Part shown: piece after piece, positions 43,814 through 52,135 of the stretch
Numbering within the stretch: the stretch's first letter is position 1
Layout: every line of letters starts with the position of its first letter
Virus record (IMG/VR): IMGVR_UViG_3300045988_180880
Coordinates: 96,001 to 160,000 of that record
From: a virus
Direction: 5' to 3' (one strand)
DNA: 64,000 nucleotides
Position numbers and translations under genes: made by a program
Notes under the pieces: generated by a model
Told to the model about the DNA's origin: nothing
The model's database searches: none
Seen by the model: only the letters and a program-made list of their open reading frames with translations

Positions 43814-45976
43814 TTATTCGCCGATAATATCAAGTATTTTCACATAATTCTTTGATATATCTTCAAATAATATTTTTTCTTTTACTTCTATATCTGGATC
43901 ATCCGGTAATATTTCTACAACTTCAGCACCTCTAGATTCATAATGTTGCTTAATGATATCATAAGATGAGTATTTTTCTTGTTTAGAGAAAAAGTTAACT
44001 ATTGCTTTCTGTAAGGAATAATTATCTTTATTATTAACTGGAAGTCCGGAAGTCTCACAATCTAAGAGAATCATTTCTCTATTTTCGATATCAATCATCA
44101 TTGCTGCTATCGAATCAGTCTTAGATGTAACGGGAACTGTTAATTCAACCTTTTGCGGATGCCAAGTTTTATCACCTTCCTGTAATTTTTCTCTAGTACA
44201 ATACCCCAACCATACAGGAAGAGTATCCATTCCTCGACCTTTATAATTGCAAACATCCATCACCACATATTTATATCCATTCTTTTTGCACTTATCTAGA
44301 TCAACGTCTACATACTCTGCACAATCTCCTGGACGGTTTAATACATCACCAGAATGAACAGCAACATTAGAATTAAGTGAAGTATTCCATCCTATATTGC
44401 TAATATCATCATTAGACTTATATAAGAATGCATGAAGATCTAAGTCTTCATCTCTATCTTTCTGAATCCAATGAACAAAAAACCTAACAATATTTCCAGA
44501 GATTTTATATCTTGTTCCTTTGGGGATAGATACATTTTGATTTCTCATACCCTTCGGAATAGGTATTCTCTTAATTTCTGGATCGATATATACAATCTCG
44601 TTTACTAAATCTTTCTCAGTAATTCTAGAATCTATGTTGAGAAATATTTTTCGAATTATATTATCTTTTATAGTTTCTAAGAATCCAGGGTTAATTGGTT
44701 TTAATCCATCTAGTATATATAAACCTTTTCCAGGAATATTTACCACTCTAGGAGTACTTTCTGATTGATCTCTTATATCGTAGTAGCTAAGAATTTCTAA
44801 GAGTGTTTTATTTTTCATCCCTGAAGTATTTATAAAGATATCCATTATATCAGATTCTTTACCTTCTTCAAGAGCTCTTCTTAAGAGAGAATCAAATTTT
44901 CTAATAAATTCCCCTGGATGAGTAGAAATAAATTTAGCTATTTCTAGAATATCTTTACCAGTATCATACATATTCTGTACTTGAGAATTAAATGTACGAT
45001 ATTCTTTTGATAAACCCTTACTCTTAAGTTTTACAAAGAAATCAGCACACTCAGGATAATTTACTACATATTCCTTCGGATGTACACGTTCTGATAGTAA
45101 TATCCAATGTCCATAGAAAAGTTTTGCATCTCGTATACAGTTTTCTACTCCTTTAGCCTCAATTATTTTTTCTATTCTTCCACAAATTTCTCTACGTTTT
45201 GATCTAGGAAGAGTATCTAATTTTCTCCATTCAGAATTATCAGTTTTTTTATTAGACCAAGAGCTAACTTGTATTTTCTTTGGAACATGTGGAAGACTTG
45301 GATCAGCTCCCATTAAGTACAAACTATATCTCAGAACATCATTAATCTCGGCAATTTTATATTCCGGCCGATGTTTAGCTACTATACACATTGTTTCTTT
45401 AAATGGTATACGTTCTGGGATGCTAAGTTCTGGATAATTCTCTAAGAACCATGCCAACTCTTCCCTAGTTTCTCCTGTTAGTGAATTTCCGGCCGACATC
45501 ATTTGCCGAGGAATATCCATAAATTCAGAAGGAGTCATAATCTTAAGCTGTCGATCTGGCTCTTCATCAATTATTTCCTTCTCTTCTTTAGTTGTCCAAG
45601 GATTATCTCTTAGAAATCCTTCAAGATCACCAGAATAAACTCTTTTTTGATCTAACCACAATTCCGATTTATCCTTAGAAATTACTTGTTCTGGAAATCC
45701 TGGATACAAAGGTTTAAACTTTTCCCCAGAATGATACAATTCGTGGATGTATGGAAGTAGATTTGTATGGAGATTTTCCATATCACTAATCGTCATCCTA
45801 CATATTACTTCGGGAGAAAGAAAATATCTATATCTCTTTAATTCTTGAAGAAGTGAGATTAATACTCTCTTACTCTTTTCCTCCATGTTTCTAGGATCTA
45901 CTAACTCCTTGCTCTCTACTAATACGCATCCTCTATGAAATGCAATAATTTCCTTGTTTAATTTCATTTCTGCCAT
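43814..45976 (-). CDS. large protein with C-terminal TerD-like beta-sandwich domain
   Basis: 720 aa. Residues around 490-600, VRFFVHWIQKDRDEDLDLHAFLY...VAVHSGDVLNRPGDCAEYVDVDLDKCKKNGYKYVVMDVCNY, fit the TerD pattern (DLDL...HSGD...E.i.vdL). The N-terminal 480 aa are unrecognised. Confidence 0.55.
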   Translation of the reverse strand: MAEMKLNKEIIAFHRGCVLVESKELVDPRNMEEKSKRVLISLLQELKRYRYFLSPEVICRMTISDMENLHTNLLPYIHELYHSGEKFKPLYPGFPEQVISKDKSELWLDQKRVYSGDLEGFLRDNPWTTKEEKEIIDEEPDRQLKIMTPSEFMDIPRQMMSAGNSLTGETREELAWFLENYPELSIPERIPFKETMCIVAKHRPEYKIAEINDVLRYSLYLMGADPSLPHVPKKIQVSSWSNKKTDNSEWRKLDTLPRSKRREICGRIEKIIEAKGVENCIRDAKLFYGHWILLSERVHPKEYVVNYPECADFFVKLKSKGLSKEYRTFNSQVQNMYDTGKDILEIAKFISTHPGEFIRKFDSLLRRALEEGKESDIMDIFINTSGMKNKTLLEILSYYDIRDQSESTPRVVNIPGKGLYILDGLKPINPGFLETIKDNIIRKIFLNIDSRITEKDLVNEIVYIDPEIKRIPIPKGMRNQNVSIPKGTRYKISGNIVRFFVHWIQKDRDEDLDLHAFLYKSNDDISNIGWNTSLNSNVAVHSGDVLNRPGDCAEYVDVDLDKCKKNGYKYVVMDVCNYKGRGMDTLPVWLGYCTREKLQEGDKTWHPQKVELTVPVTSKTDSIAAMMIDIENREMILLDCETSGLPVNNKDNYSLQKAIVNFFSKQEKYSSYDIIKQHYESRGAEVVEILPDDPDIEVKEKILFEDISKNYVKILDIIGE

Positions 45977-45995
45977 ATTTTTTTTGGTTTATAAA

Positions 45996-46307
45996 TTAAA
46001 TTTTCATCCACTTTTTTGCTCTCTCGAATTGTTTTATGAGATCATCTATCCAAGTACTAGCCGTACAATCTTTCTCAACTAATATCCATGAACTTGGAAT
46101 GTCTGCTGAGTGATTCATAATAATAGAAAAACTAGTATCTTTTCTATCTTTCCCATCACCATCTAAGAAAAGTATTACCCCAAAAACACTCCCAAAGAAA
46201 TATATCCTTGGAAGATGAGGTTGTTTTGATAGGTCCAGTTTATCATAATGATTTTTCCATGATCTATCTTTCAAATCATTTTTAATTAATTCATTTATTT
46301 CATCCAT
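45996..46307 (-). CDS. hypothetical protein
   Basis: 103-aa ORF. Confidence 0.5.
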   Translation of the reverse strand: MDEINELIKNDLKDRSWKNHYDKLDLSKQPHLPRIYFFGSVFGVILFLDGDGKDRKDTSFSIIMNHSADIPSSWILVEKDCTASTWIDDLIKQFERAKKWMKI

Positions 46308-46333
46308 TTTTCTATTTGTTTATTTTTCTACAC

Positions 46334-46738
46334 TTATAAGAGTTTCTCGCCTTCTACAGTTATGGTCCTATGTTTCTTTTGTAGTTCGTCAAGTAATTTT
46401 CTTTTTAGTGTTCCAGGGAGAGGAATTTGTGGAAACAGCAACGTCTCACTTCTATGTTTCCAAAGCCACTCATCTATCTCTTCGAAGGATTGCTCAAAGA
46501 CTTCAAAAACTGGTTGCTCATCATAAAACCATTCATCTAAGAATTCAACTTTAAAATCATATAGTCTAAGGTGAAGTCTAAGTTCGTCTAATTCTGAACC
46601 CTCTCGTGTAGATATTATTTCTCCAAGAGGATTATGAAGACGATATTGATTTTTTCGTTTTTCTAAGTCTCCGGTATATCCAATTTTTACAACCTTCCTT
46701 ATTCCTTTCCATGCGCCAGATCCAAATAAATATAACAT
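46334..46738 (-). CDS. T5orf172 (GIY-YIG-related) domain protein (module R)
   Basis: MLYLFGSGAW...VVKIGYTGDLEKRKNQY...LDEWFYDE matches the T5orf172 pattern. It lacks the long C-terminal domain of 23263..24294. Confidence 0.65.
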   Translation of the reverse strand: MLYLFGSGAWKGIRKVVKIGYTGDLEKRKNQYRLHNPLGEIISTREGSELDELRLHLRLYDFKVEFLDEWFYDEQPVFEVFEQSFEEIDEWLWKHRSETLLFPQIPLPGTLKRKLLDELQKKHRTITVEGEKLL

Positions 46739-46746
46739 TTTATAAT

Positions 46747-47013
46747 TTACTCCTTTTTCTTCTTACCTTTAATAATTCCAGCAACCCTATCTCCTGCCAC
46801 ATCCTCTATCTTATTCCGCTGCTTCTTAAGGTTATTTTGATATCCATAGGTTGCACCAAGAATAGCTCCTGCAATCGGAATGGCAGCTGCTGCAATTTCA
46901 TCATGGGATAAATATGTAAAATCATCAAGTGACCTATGTGTACCATAGGTAGTCAATGTTTCAGCACTTGCCATTCTTGCTTTCTTTGCAGCTTCTTCTA
47001 CTGTCTGTTTCAT
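46747..47013 (-). CDS. glycine-zipper membrane protein (paralog of the 24751..25254 C-terminus)
   Basis: IAAAAIPIAGAILGATYGYQNNLKKQRNKIEDVAGDRVAGIIKGKKKKE compares with IATAAIPIAGAIIGAVYGRDNNLKKQRDKIEDAAGDRVADIVRGKKEK. Confidence 0.6.
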   Translation of the reverse strand: MKQTVEEAAKKARMASAETLTTYGTHRSLDDFTYLSHDEIAAAAIPIAGAILGATYGYQNNLKKQRNKIEDVAGDRVAGIIKGKKKKE

Positions 47014-47348
47014 AACTTATTCGGATTTGTTTTACAATAATTTTCATTCTCTTTCAGTTTTAAAATATTATTCAAATGTTCGTCTGAAAGCAGATGCTTA
47101 TTACTAAAATTACCCAACATTATACGAGGTTCAATATTTTCATCTCTCATAAATTTCTGTAGTTCGTATATATGAAAAAGCAAACCTTCACAATCTACTG
47201 CGTAGTATTCAACGCCATCGTCATTGTTGGCAGATACTTCATAACCAATCCATCCACCGTTACCCATATAAGTATTTATCTCAATATTACGGCAAAAGCC
47301 ATAACTGATAAGTAATAGCCTTAGTACATCTTTCCCACTCATACACAT
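47010..47348 (-). CDS. hypothetical protein
   Basis: 112-aa ORF with overlapping start/stop codons on both neighbours. Confidence 0.5.
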   Translation of the reverse strand: MCMSGKDVLRLLLISYGFCRNIEINTYMGNGGWIGYEVSANNDDGVEYYAVDCEGLLFHIYELQKFMRDENIEPRIMLGNFSNKHLLSDEHLNNILKLKENENYCKTNPNKL

Positions 47349-47509
47349 TTCGATTTATCAATTTGTCCTATACGCTGTCTTTCAAATCCCTCTATCTGTG
47401 CGTCAGTAAGGTTGTTCAGCCATTCATCAGCATACTTTCTGTACTTGGCATGATTGCATTTATAAAACTCCAATCTAAGCCATTCAATAGTTATGTCCTT
47501 TTGTTCCAT
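47339..47509 (-). CDS. hypothetical small protein (56 aa; below the ORF-track cutoff)
   Basis: ATG at 47509: MEQKDITIEWLRLEFYKCNHAKYRKYADEWLNNLTDAQIEGFERQRIGQIDKSKCV. The start abuts the upstream stop (TGAttATG). The stop overlaps the next start (ATGTGTATGA). Confidence 0.5.
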   Translation of the reverse strand: MEQKDITIEWLRLEFYKCNHAKYRKYADEWLNNLTDAQIEGFERQRIGQIDKSKCV

Positions 47510-47511
47510 AA

Positions 47512-47703
47512 TCATCTGGTTATAGTAGTTCTTTTATTAAATAAAACCATAAGTATCAAGGCAAAGGCGACTTTCAATAATCGCTTTTTACCAACAATTA
47601 CAATGTTGTCTTTGGTTATTCCACTATCAGTTGTTATGCTGTACCATTTACTATATGGTGGTAAGCACCTATAAATATGAATTTTAGAAAATGTATATTT
47701 CAT
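47512..47703 (-). CDS. hypothetical small membrane protein
   Basis: 63 aa. Preceded by a canonical Shine-Dalgarno (ataggaggtaattATG). C-terminal hydrophobic segment LLKVAFALILMVLF. Confidence 0.5.
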   Translation of the reverse strand: MKYTFSKIHIYRCLPPYSKWYSITTDSGITKDNIVIVGKKRLLKVAFALILMVLFNKRTTITR

Positions 47704-47721
47704 AATTACCTCCTATGTGTT

Positions 47722-47919
47722 TTATGGTTCTTGTTCATTCAACATAATTTTATCTCCTTCTCTTTTAAGGCTTATATCAATTGCCATAAATTCAGGAAAT
47801 TGAGATATATAAACATAAAACTCAGTCTTACGTTTATCCTTTAATTGTTTTTCTGTTGGTGGATTCTTATATTAATCCACACAAGATATTGCTTTAGAAA
47901 TTAATTTACCTAATTCCAT
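47722..47919 (-). pseudogene. truncated, stop-interrupted homolog of 24297..24767
   Basis: MELGKLISKAISCVD-TAA-YKNPPTEKQLKDKRKTEFYVYISQFPEFMA... compares with MKLGKLISKAISCIDSYINPPTEKELKDKHKTEFYVYISQFPGFMA... There is an in-frame TAA at codon 16 and the sequence ends after 65 codons. It is preceded by aaggaggtg. Confidence 0.6.
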
Positions 47920-47921
47920 AA

Positions 47922-49964
47922 TTAACACACCTCCTTTCTACTTAATAGTTCATAACCCTTTGTTTGTTTCTTTTTTCCAGTAGTCTCATCTAAAATAGAT
48001 ATATAAATTAATTTAACCTCAAAATAACTTTCTAAATCTTTTGCTTTAGGGGTTTTATCATAATTAATACTAGAATACAAATATCCTAACTTATCTTTTA
48101 TTCCAGATAATATTAATTTATCCCCTACTTTAAATTCATTATAGATAGTAGCTTCTAATAATTCATCTGAAAAAGTAATTATTCCTAAAGCTTTTTTTAT
48201 TTTAGTAATATGATAACCCATACCCTTTAATCTTTGAGGACCCAATGTAATATAGTAAGATTTAACCTCATCTGAATCAGATATCTGCCCTAATACTATA
48301 TCAATAGCGTCTTCAGACAAACCATATTCACAAATAAGTTTTAATTTATCATACATAGTAGTTAAACTAGTATATACCTTTAAAAAATTTGATACCTCCT
48401 GATTCACTATATCATCTCTGGTTAACATATTATGTACCGTACTAAACACTGTAAATCTATCTTTATAGTCTATCTGTTGTATTTTAAAAGCTCTAATCTC
48501 ATTTACTAGTACTAGATTATTAGGAACTGGTTTAAGAATAATATTTCCTTCAGAAGTATGAATCTTATTTACTGCTACATAATCATCCTTATAATTAGAA
48601 GCTTTGGCATCTTTCTGATACTTCTTAGCTAATGCAAATTTATCTTTTATAGAAATAGCAATATTATAAGTTCTTAATAAACTTTCTGTCATTTCTTGTT
48701 TAGTTTTTATTATTTTCTGAAAATCTTCAGCCTTCATTTCTCTATAATTAGCAGTAGATCTATAATAAAAAGTGGCTGAATTTTTCCAAGGATTATCAAA
48801 TAATCTTTGCCTTCCTAATATCTGGGGCAAATCTTCTGATATATCTACAGCCAAGGAATCTATATTACTATCACTGAATATAAATGATCTAGCACATAAA
48901 CTATAAAAGTCAGCTCCAAGATATACAGTTCTTGTACAAAAAGTAAACATTTTAGGTTTTACTCCCTTTAACGGTACTTCACCTATCTTAAAAGACTTAC
49001 CTAACCTCCTTTGAATTTTCTTTAAATTATCTTCTGTGTATGAACATAAGATATTACATTGCTCTGAGGTAAGATTATTCTTTTTAATGATAGATGTAAT
49101 ATGATTAACACTATTAACATAGAATACAGCCTCATCTGATACTACTCTAGTAGGAATTCCATTTCTAAGAACTACTATACTTTCAAACTCTCCTGAAAGA
49201 TACTTTTGAATTACTTCAGAAGCTTTTTCACCAACAGATCTCATTACAAAGACATCTAAATCTGGTTGAATAACTCTACTAGGATCCGCAGATCCCCAAT
49301 CTAATTCATAATATGGGAGATCCTTAAATTCATCTAACATTTCTAAATATTCATCCATCATAGGAGTTGCACTAACAAAGTATGCTGTTGGAGATTGTTT
49401 AAGATATTCTAGAAATTTTAATTCAGTATCACTCTTAAATCTAGAATCATGAAGAATACTTTGAAATTCATCTACTATTGTATAAAATGTATAAAATCTA
49501 TCTAATTTCTCTAGGATATCTTTTACTATTCTATATGAATCATAAGTAACAAGGATTTTACAAGGTAATCCATTAATACTCCTAGATATACAGTATTCCT
49601 CTATTTCTCTATATAATCTTTTATAGATATCTGAATTATCTAATGATTCTGAATCAATTGATAAGTCTGCTAAAATATTTTTATCAATCTTAGATAAGTC
49701 TTTATCAATATTAGACTCCTTATCCATTTCATTTACGACCAGATAAACATCAAATTCATGTTGATCCTTTTTATTCTTAAGTAGCATCTTTCTGGGACTA
49801 CATAAAATAATATTTTCATTACTCCTAATACAATATTCAGTAAAACCACATCCAGGTAATTGTTTATTAATAATACATTTACTTGGAAATTTATTAAAAT
49901 TAAATTCATTCCATTCTGAAATAAATCTAATTCCAGATGGTACTATTATCTTCTCTCTAATCAT
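47922..49964 (-). CDS. SF2 helicase-like protein with atypical motif I (paralog R)
   Basis: Same motifs as 21233..23260 (QLPGCGFTEY, IVDEFQS, VSATPM, QILGRQRL). The C-terminal domain is more diverged. Confidence 0.7.
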   Translation of the reverse strand: MIREKIIVPSGIRFISEWNEFNFNKFPSKCIINKQLPGCGFTEYCIRSNENIILCSPRKMLLKNKKDQHEFDVYLVVNEMDKESNIDKDLSKIDKNILADLSIDSESLDNSDIYKRLYREIEEYCISRSINGLPCKILVTYDSYRIVKDILEKLDRFYTFYTIVDEFQSILHDSRFKSDTELKFLEYLKQSPTAYFVSATPMMDEYLEMLDEFKDLPYYELDWGSADPSRVIQPDLDVFVMRSVGEKASEVIQKYLSGEFESIVVLRNGIPTRVVSDEAVFYVNSVNHITSIIKKNNLTSEQCNILCSYTEDNLKKIQRRLGKSFKIGEVPLKGVKPKMFTFCTRTVYLGADFYSLCARSFIFSDSNIDSLAVDISEDLPQILGRQRLFDNPWKNSATFYYRSTANYREMKAEDFQKIIKTKQEMTESLLRTYNIAISIKDKFALAKKYQKDAKASNYKDDYVAVNKIHTSEGNIILKPVPNNLVLVNEIRAFKIQQIDYKDRFTVFSTVHNMLTRDDIVNQEVSNFLKVYTSLTTMYDKLKLICEYGLSEDAIDIVLGQISDSDEVKSYYITLGPQRLKGMGYHITKIKKALGIITFSDELLEATIYNEFKVGDKLILSGIKDKLGYLYSSINYDKTPKAKDLESYFEVKLIYISILDETTGKKKQTKGYELLSRKEVC

Positions 49965-50033
49965 ATTTAAATTATATTTTTATTGTTACAAAATAATATT
50001 TAAACTCAATACAGAGTTCAGTTAGTTAAAATT

Positions 50034-50512
50034 GAAGACTAAGGATACCCTTAACTTCATTAATTAGAATTTGAGGTTAATAGAAGAGCAAAATACAACT
50101 TTACTAATACATTTTCACCTACATGTAGTATATAAATTTAATTCGGATAGAAAAGTTGTAGTGGTTCTTCTATAAGAGCGAACATAGTGAGAGACTCACC
50201 TCCCGAAGGGAGGAGGTGATGTCGTCTCTTATAGGAGGTTCACGATAAATAGAAAATAATAGATTAATTATTATATATCTATTATATGGAAATGAACCTT
50301 AAAAGAGTACCGTCCACCCGCTCCCTGTAAGGGGAGCGAGGACTCTCACTAACGTTCGTACTTTTTAAGAACCATTAAATAATTATATTTTCTATTCAAT
50401 TCTAACTAATATTTATTTAATTCTTTTTTATTCTCTATATATCTTTTCAGTTTCTTGAAGGCCCGAATGAACATAGTGAATGAAGGATATAGATTCTGGT
50501 ATCCCTAGTCTT
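50034..50512 (-). other. non-coding, hairpin-rich element bounded by inverted repeats (copy R), upstream of the helicase-like gene
   Basis: gaagactaaggataccc (50034..50050) against ggtatccctagtctt (50498..50512). A long-range helix joins 50162..50193 with 50343..50374 and encloses hairpins at 50196..50219 and 50319..50338. Confidence 0.6.
50058..50095 (-). promoter_or_regulatory. promoter of helicase-like gene R
   Basis: The reverse complement reads attttgctcttctattaacctcaaattctaattaatg, homologous to 21093..21132. Confidence 0.45.
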
Positions 50513-50539
50513 TGAAAAAATATTACAAAAAATATAAAA

Positions 50540-50580
50540 GATAGGTTTTGACTAATTTTAAAGTCAAATTAAATCCTATC
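50540..50580. terminator. long terminator hairpin (paralog of 43761..43800)
   Basis: gataggttttgac-taattttaaa-gtcaaattaaatcctatc followed by ttttatatttttt. Confidence 0.6.
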
Positions 50581-50594
50581 TTTTATATTTTTTA

Positions 50595-51443
50595 TTATAT
50601 GAAATTTAATCTTTTCTGATAAATATTAAATACAAGATTTGATACATTATCTAAATATAATTTCTCTAATGACATTTGTTTAAGTTTATTATATGGAGTA
50701 CCAGATATTTTATTAGAGAATTTATATAATTGTTTTAAATTTATAGTTAATGATCTTTTTAGAAAGAATTCATTAAGTCCAATAAAATTTATAATAATAT
50801 CTATAAATTCTAATACTTTTTTATTATCTCTTATAAAATTTCCAATAATTGTTTTTGAATAGTTTATTGGAATTTCTACCATAGGTAAATTATTAGTTCT
50901 AAAATAGTTTATTATATTATTAGTTATTTTATTAAACAAGTTTATATAAGGAATTGTGTGTTCATCATTACTTCCAAATTCATAATATCTATGAATAATT
51001 ATTCCATAAACACGCTCTACATAGATATCTCTTGCTTTATCATAGATTATTTTTGCTTTATGATATTTAGAATCTATTTCTACGGCTATTCCTAAATAAG
51101 GAAAGAAATAATCTAGTAAAAAGTATCTTGTATTTCTGATACTATCATCCAATCTAACAGAGAAAGAATTTAAAATATTATTCCATAAACTTGTATTCTC
51201 AATTATTATTGGAAATTCCTCAATATAATTATAATATCCTTTAATATTGTAATTATTATCAATAAGATTTTTAAAATTAATAGAATAACTACTCTTATCG
51301 TTTAAAATTGCTTTTTCACGATTAAATACTACATCTATTAATTTATTATTGATTTTTACTTTTCTTGGAACAAAATACATTCCTATATAAGCTGTATAAA
51401 ATTTATCTCTTATTACGTAATTTCTAATCAAATTTAAATCCAT
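50595..51443 (-). CDS. free-standing endonuclease-like protein with DUF559/Vsr-like PD-(D/E)xK domain
   Basis: LLDYFFPYLGIAVEIDSKYHKAKIIYDKARDIYVERVYGIIIHRY fits the DUF559 pattern (DF...vE.D..yH....D..Rd..l...G..v.R.). Confidence 0.6.
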   Translation of the reverse strand: MDLNLIRNYVIRDKFYTAYIGMYFVPRKVKINNKLIDVVFNREKAILNDKSSYSINFKNLIDNNYNIKGYYNYIEEFPIIIENTSLWNNILNSFSVRLDDSIRNTRYFLLDYFFPYLGIAVEIDSKYHKAKIIYDKARDIYVERVYGIIIHRYYEFGSNDEHTIPYINLFNKITNNIINYFRTNNLPMVEIPINYSKTIIGNFIRDNKKVLEFIDIIINFIGLNEFFLKRSLTINLKQLYKFSNKISGTPYNKLKQMSLEKLYLDNVSNLVFNIYQKRLNFI

Positions 51444-51722
51444 ATTACATATTTGTTATTTATGTCAAAAGGTTAAAAAAACAAAGTAGCAAGAGTCTCT
51501 CAACCTCCTACTACCTCTACCTAATATTGCCTTAAAGCCTTGTCCGAATACTCGACCCTTATCTTTATCGACTTCTTATCTGTTAACCATATACAACAAG
51601 GTAGCTACTTAGGATCTAGAATATTAGTAAGTAGCAATCTAATATTAATAAGATTCTGCAGTTAATCTTATATCCCTATCATATATAAGAATTTCCCAGT
51701 TTCTCAGACGGTTAAAAATAAG

Positions 51723-51759
51723 TTTTTGCGTTTTCTATAGAGTAAAAACCTTATATATG
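51723..51759 (+). promoter_or_regulatory. promoter (TTTTTGCG ... AAAACCTTATATATG) of the rusA-like gene
   Basis: tttttgcgttttctatagagtaaaaaccttatatatg. About 65 nt including the downstream aagaa..attagaaaaatt.tataaa are shared with the HNH-gene promoter (4540..4600, minus). Confidence 0.55.
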
Positions 51760-51856
51760 CAAGAAAAATATTAGAAAAATTTTATAAAGTAAAATTTATG
51801 AATTGATTTTAATATTTTTCTTTTTGTTTATCCATTAATTTATATTAAAATCTATT

Positions 51857-52135
51857 ATGAGCAATAAAAAAGAAATTAAGGTAGTAGTACAAATTAAAAA
51901 AAGATTTGTCAGTGTTAACTCTCTGTATAAAGCAAGAATTATGTATGTAGGAGGTAGACCAGTCCCCAGTACTTATAAAAATCCGAGAGCAGTAGAAATT
52001 GAGAGAGAAATTAGAGATCAACTCAGGGCAATCGATTTTTCTGATTATCTAGAATGGCTCCGAACCACCCCCGGATTCAAACTTCATATTCAATTTATCT
52101 TTAAGAAAAATATAACTAACTCTGATACATCCAAT
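51857..52135 (+). CDS. rusA: RusA-like Holliday junction resolvase, exon 1
   Basis: FVSVNSLYKAR (RusA PSxN-type motif) ... NSDTSN. The track ORF stops 1 codon into the intron. Confidence 0.7.

Noticed and set aside
47872-47874. Stop-codon reassignment (TAA read as sense) suggested by the in-frame TAA in the 24297-homolog.
   Set aside because: All other genes in the window, including long conserved ones (groEL, nadE, tail fibre), are intact under the standard code. This ORF is also truncated, so a pseudogene is the simpler explanation.
51444-51722. Possible additional intron or ncRNA in the ~280-nt ORF-free region between the DUF559-like gene and the rusA promoter (hairpin gctactta...taagtagc).
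   Set aside because: It has none of the P/Q/R/S core elements of the intron family, there are no split flanking coding sequences, and only one modest hairpin is present. It most likely contains the divergent promoter and leader regions.
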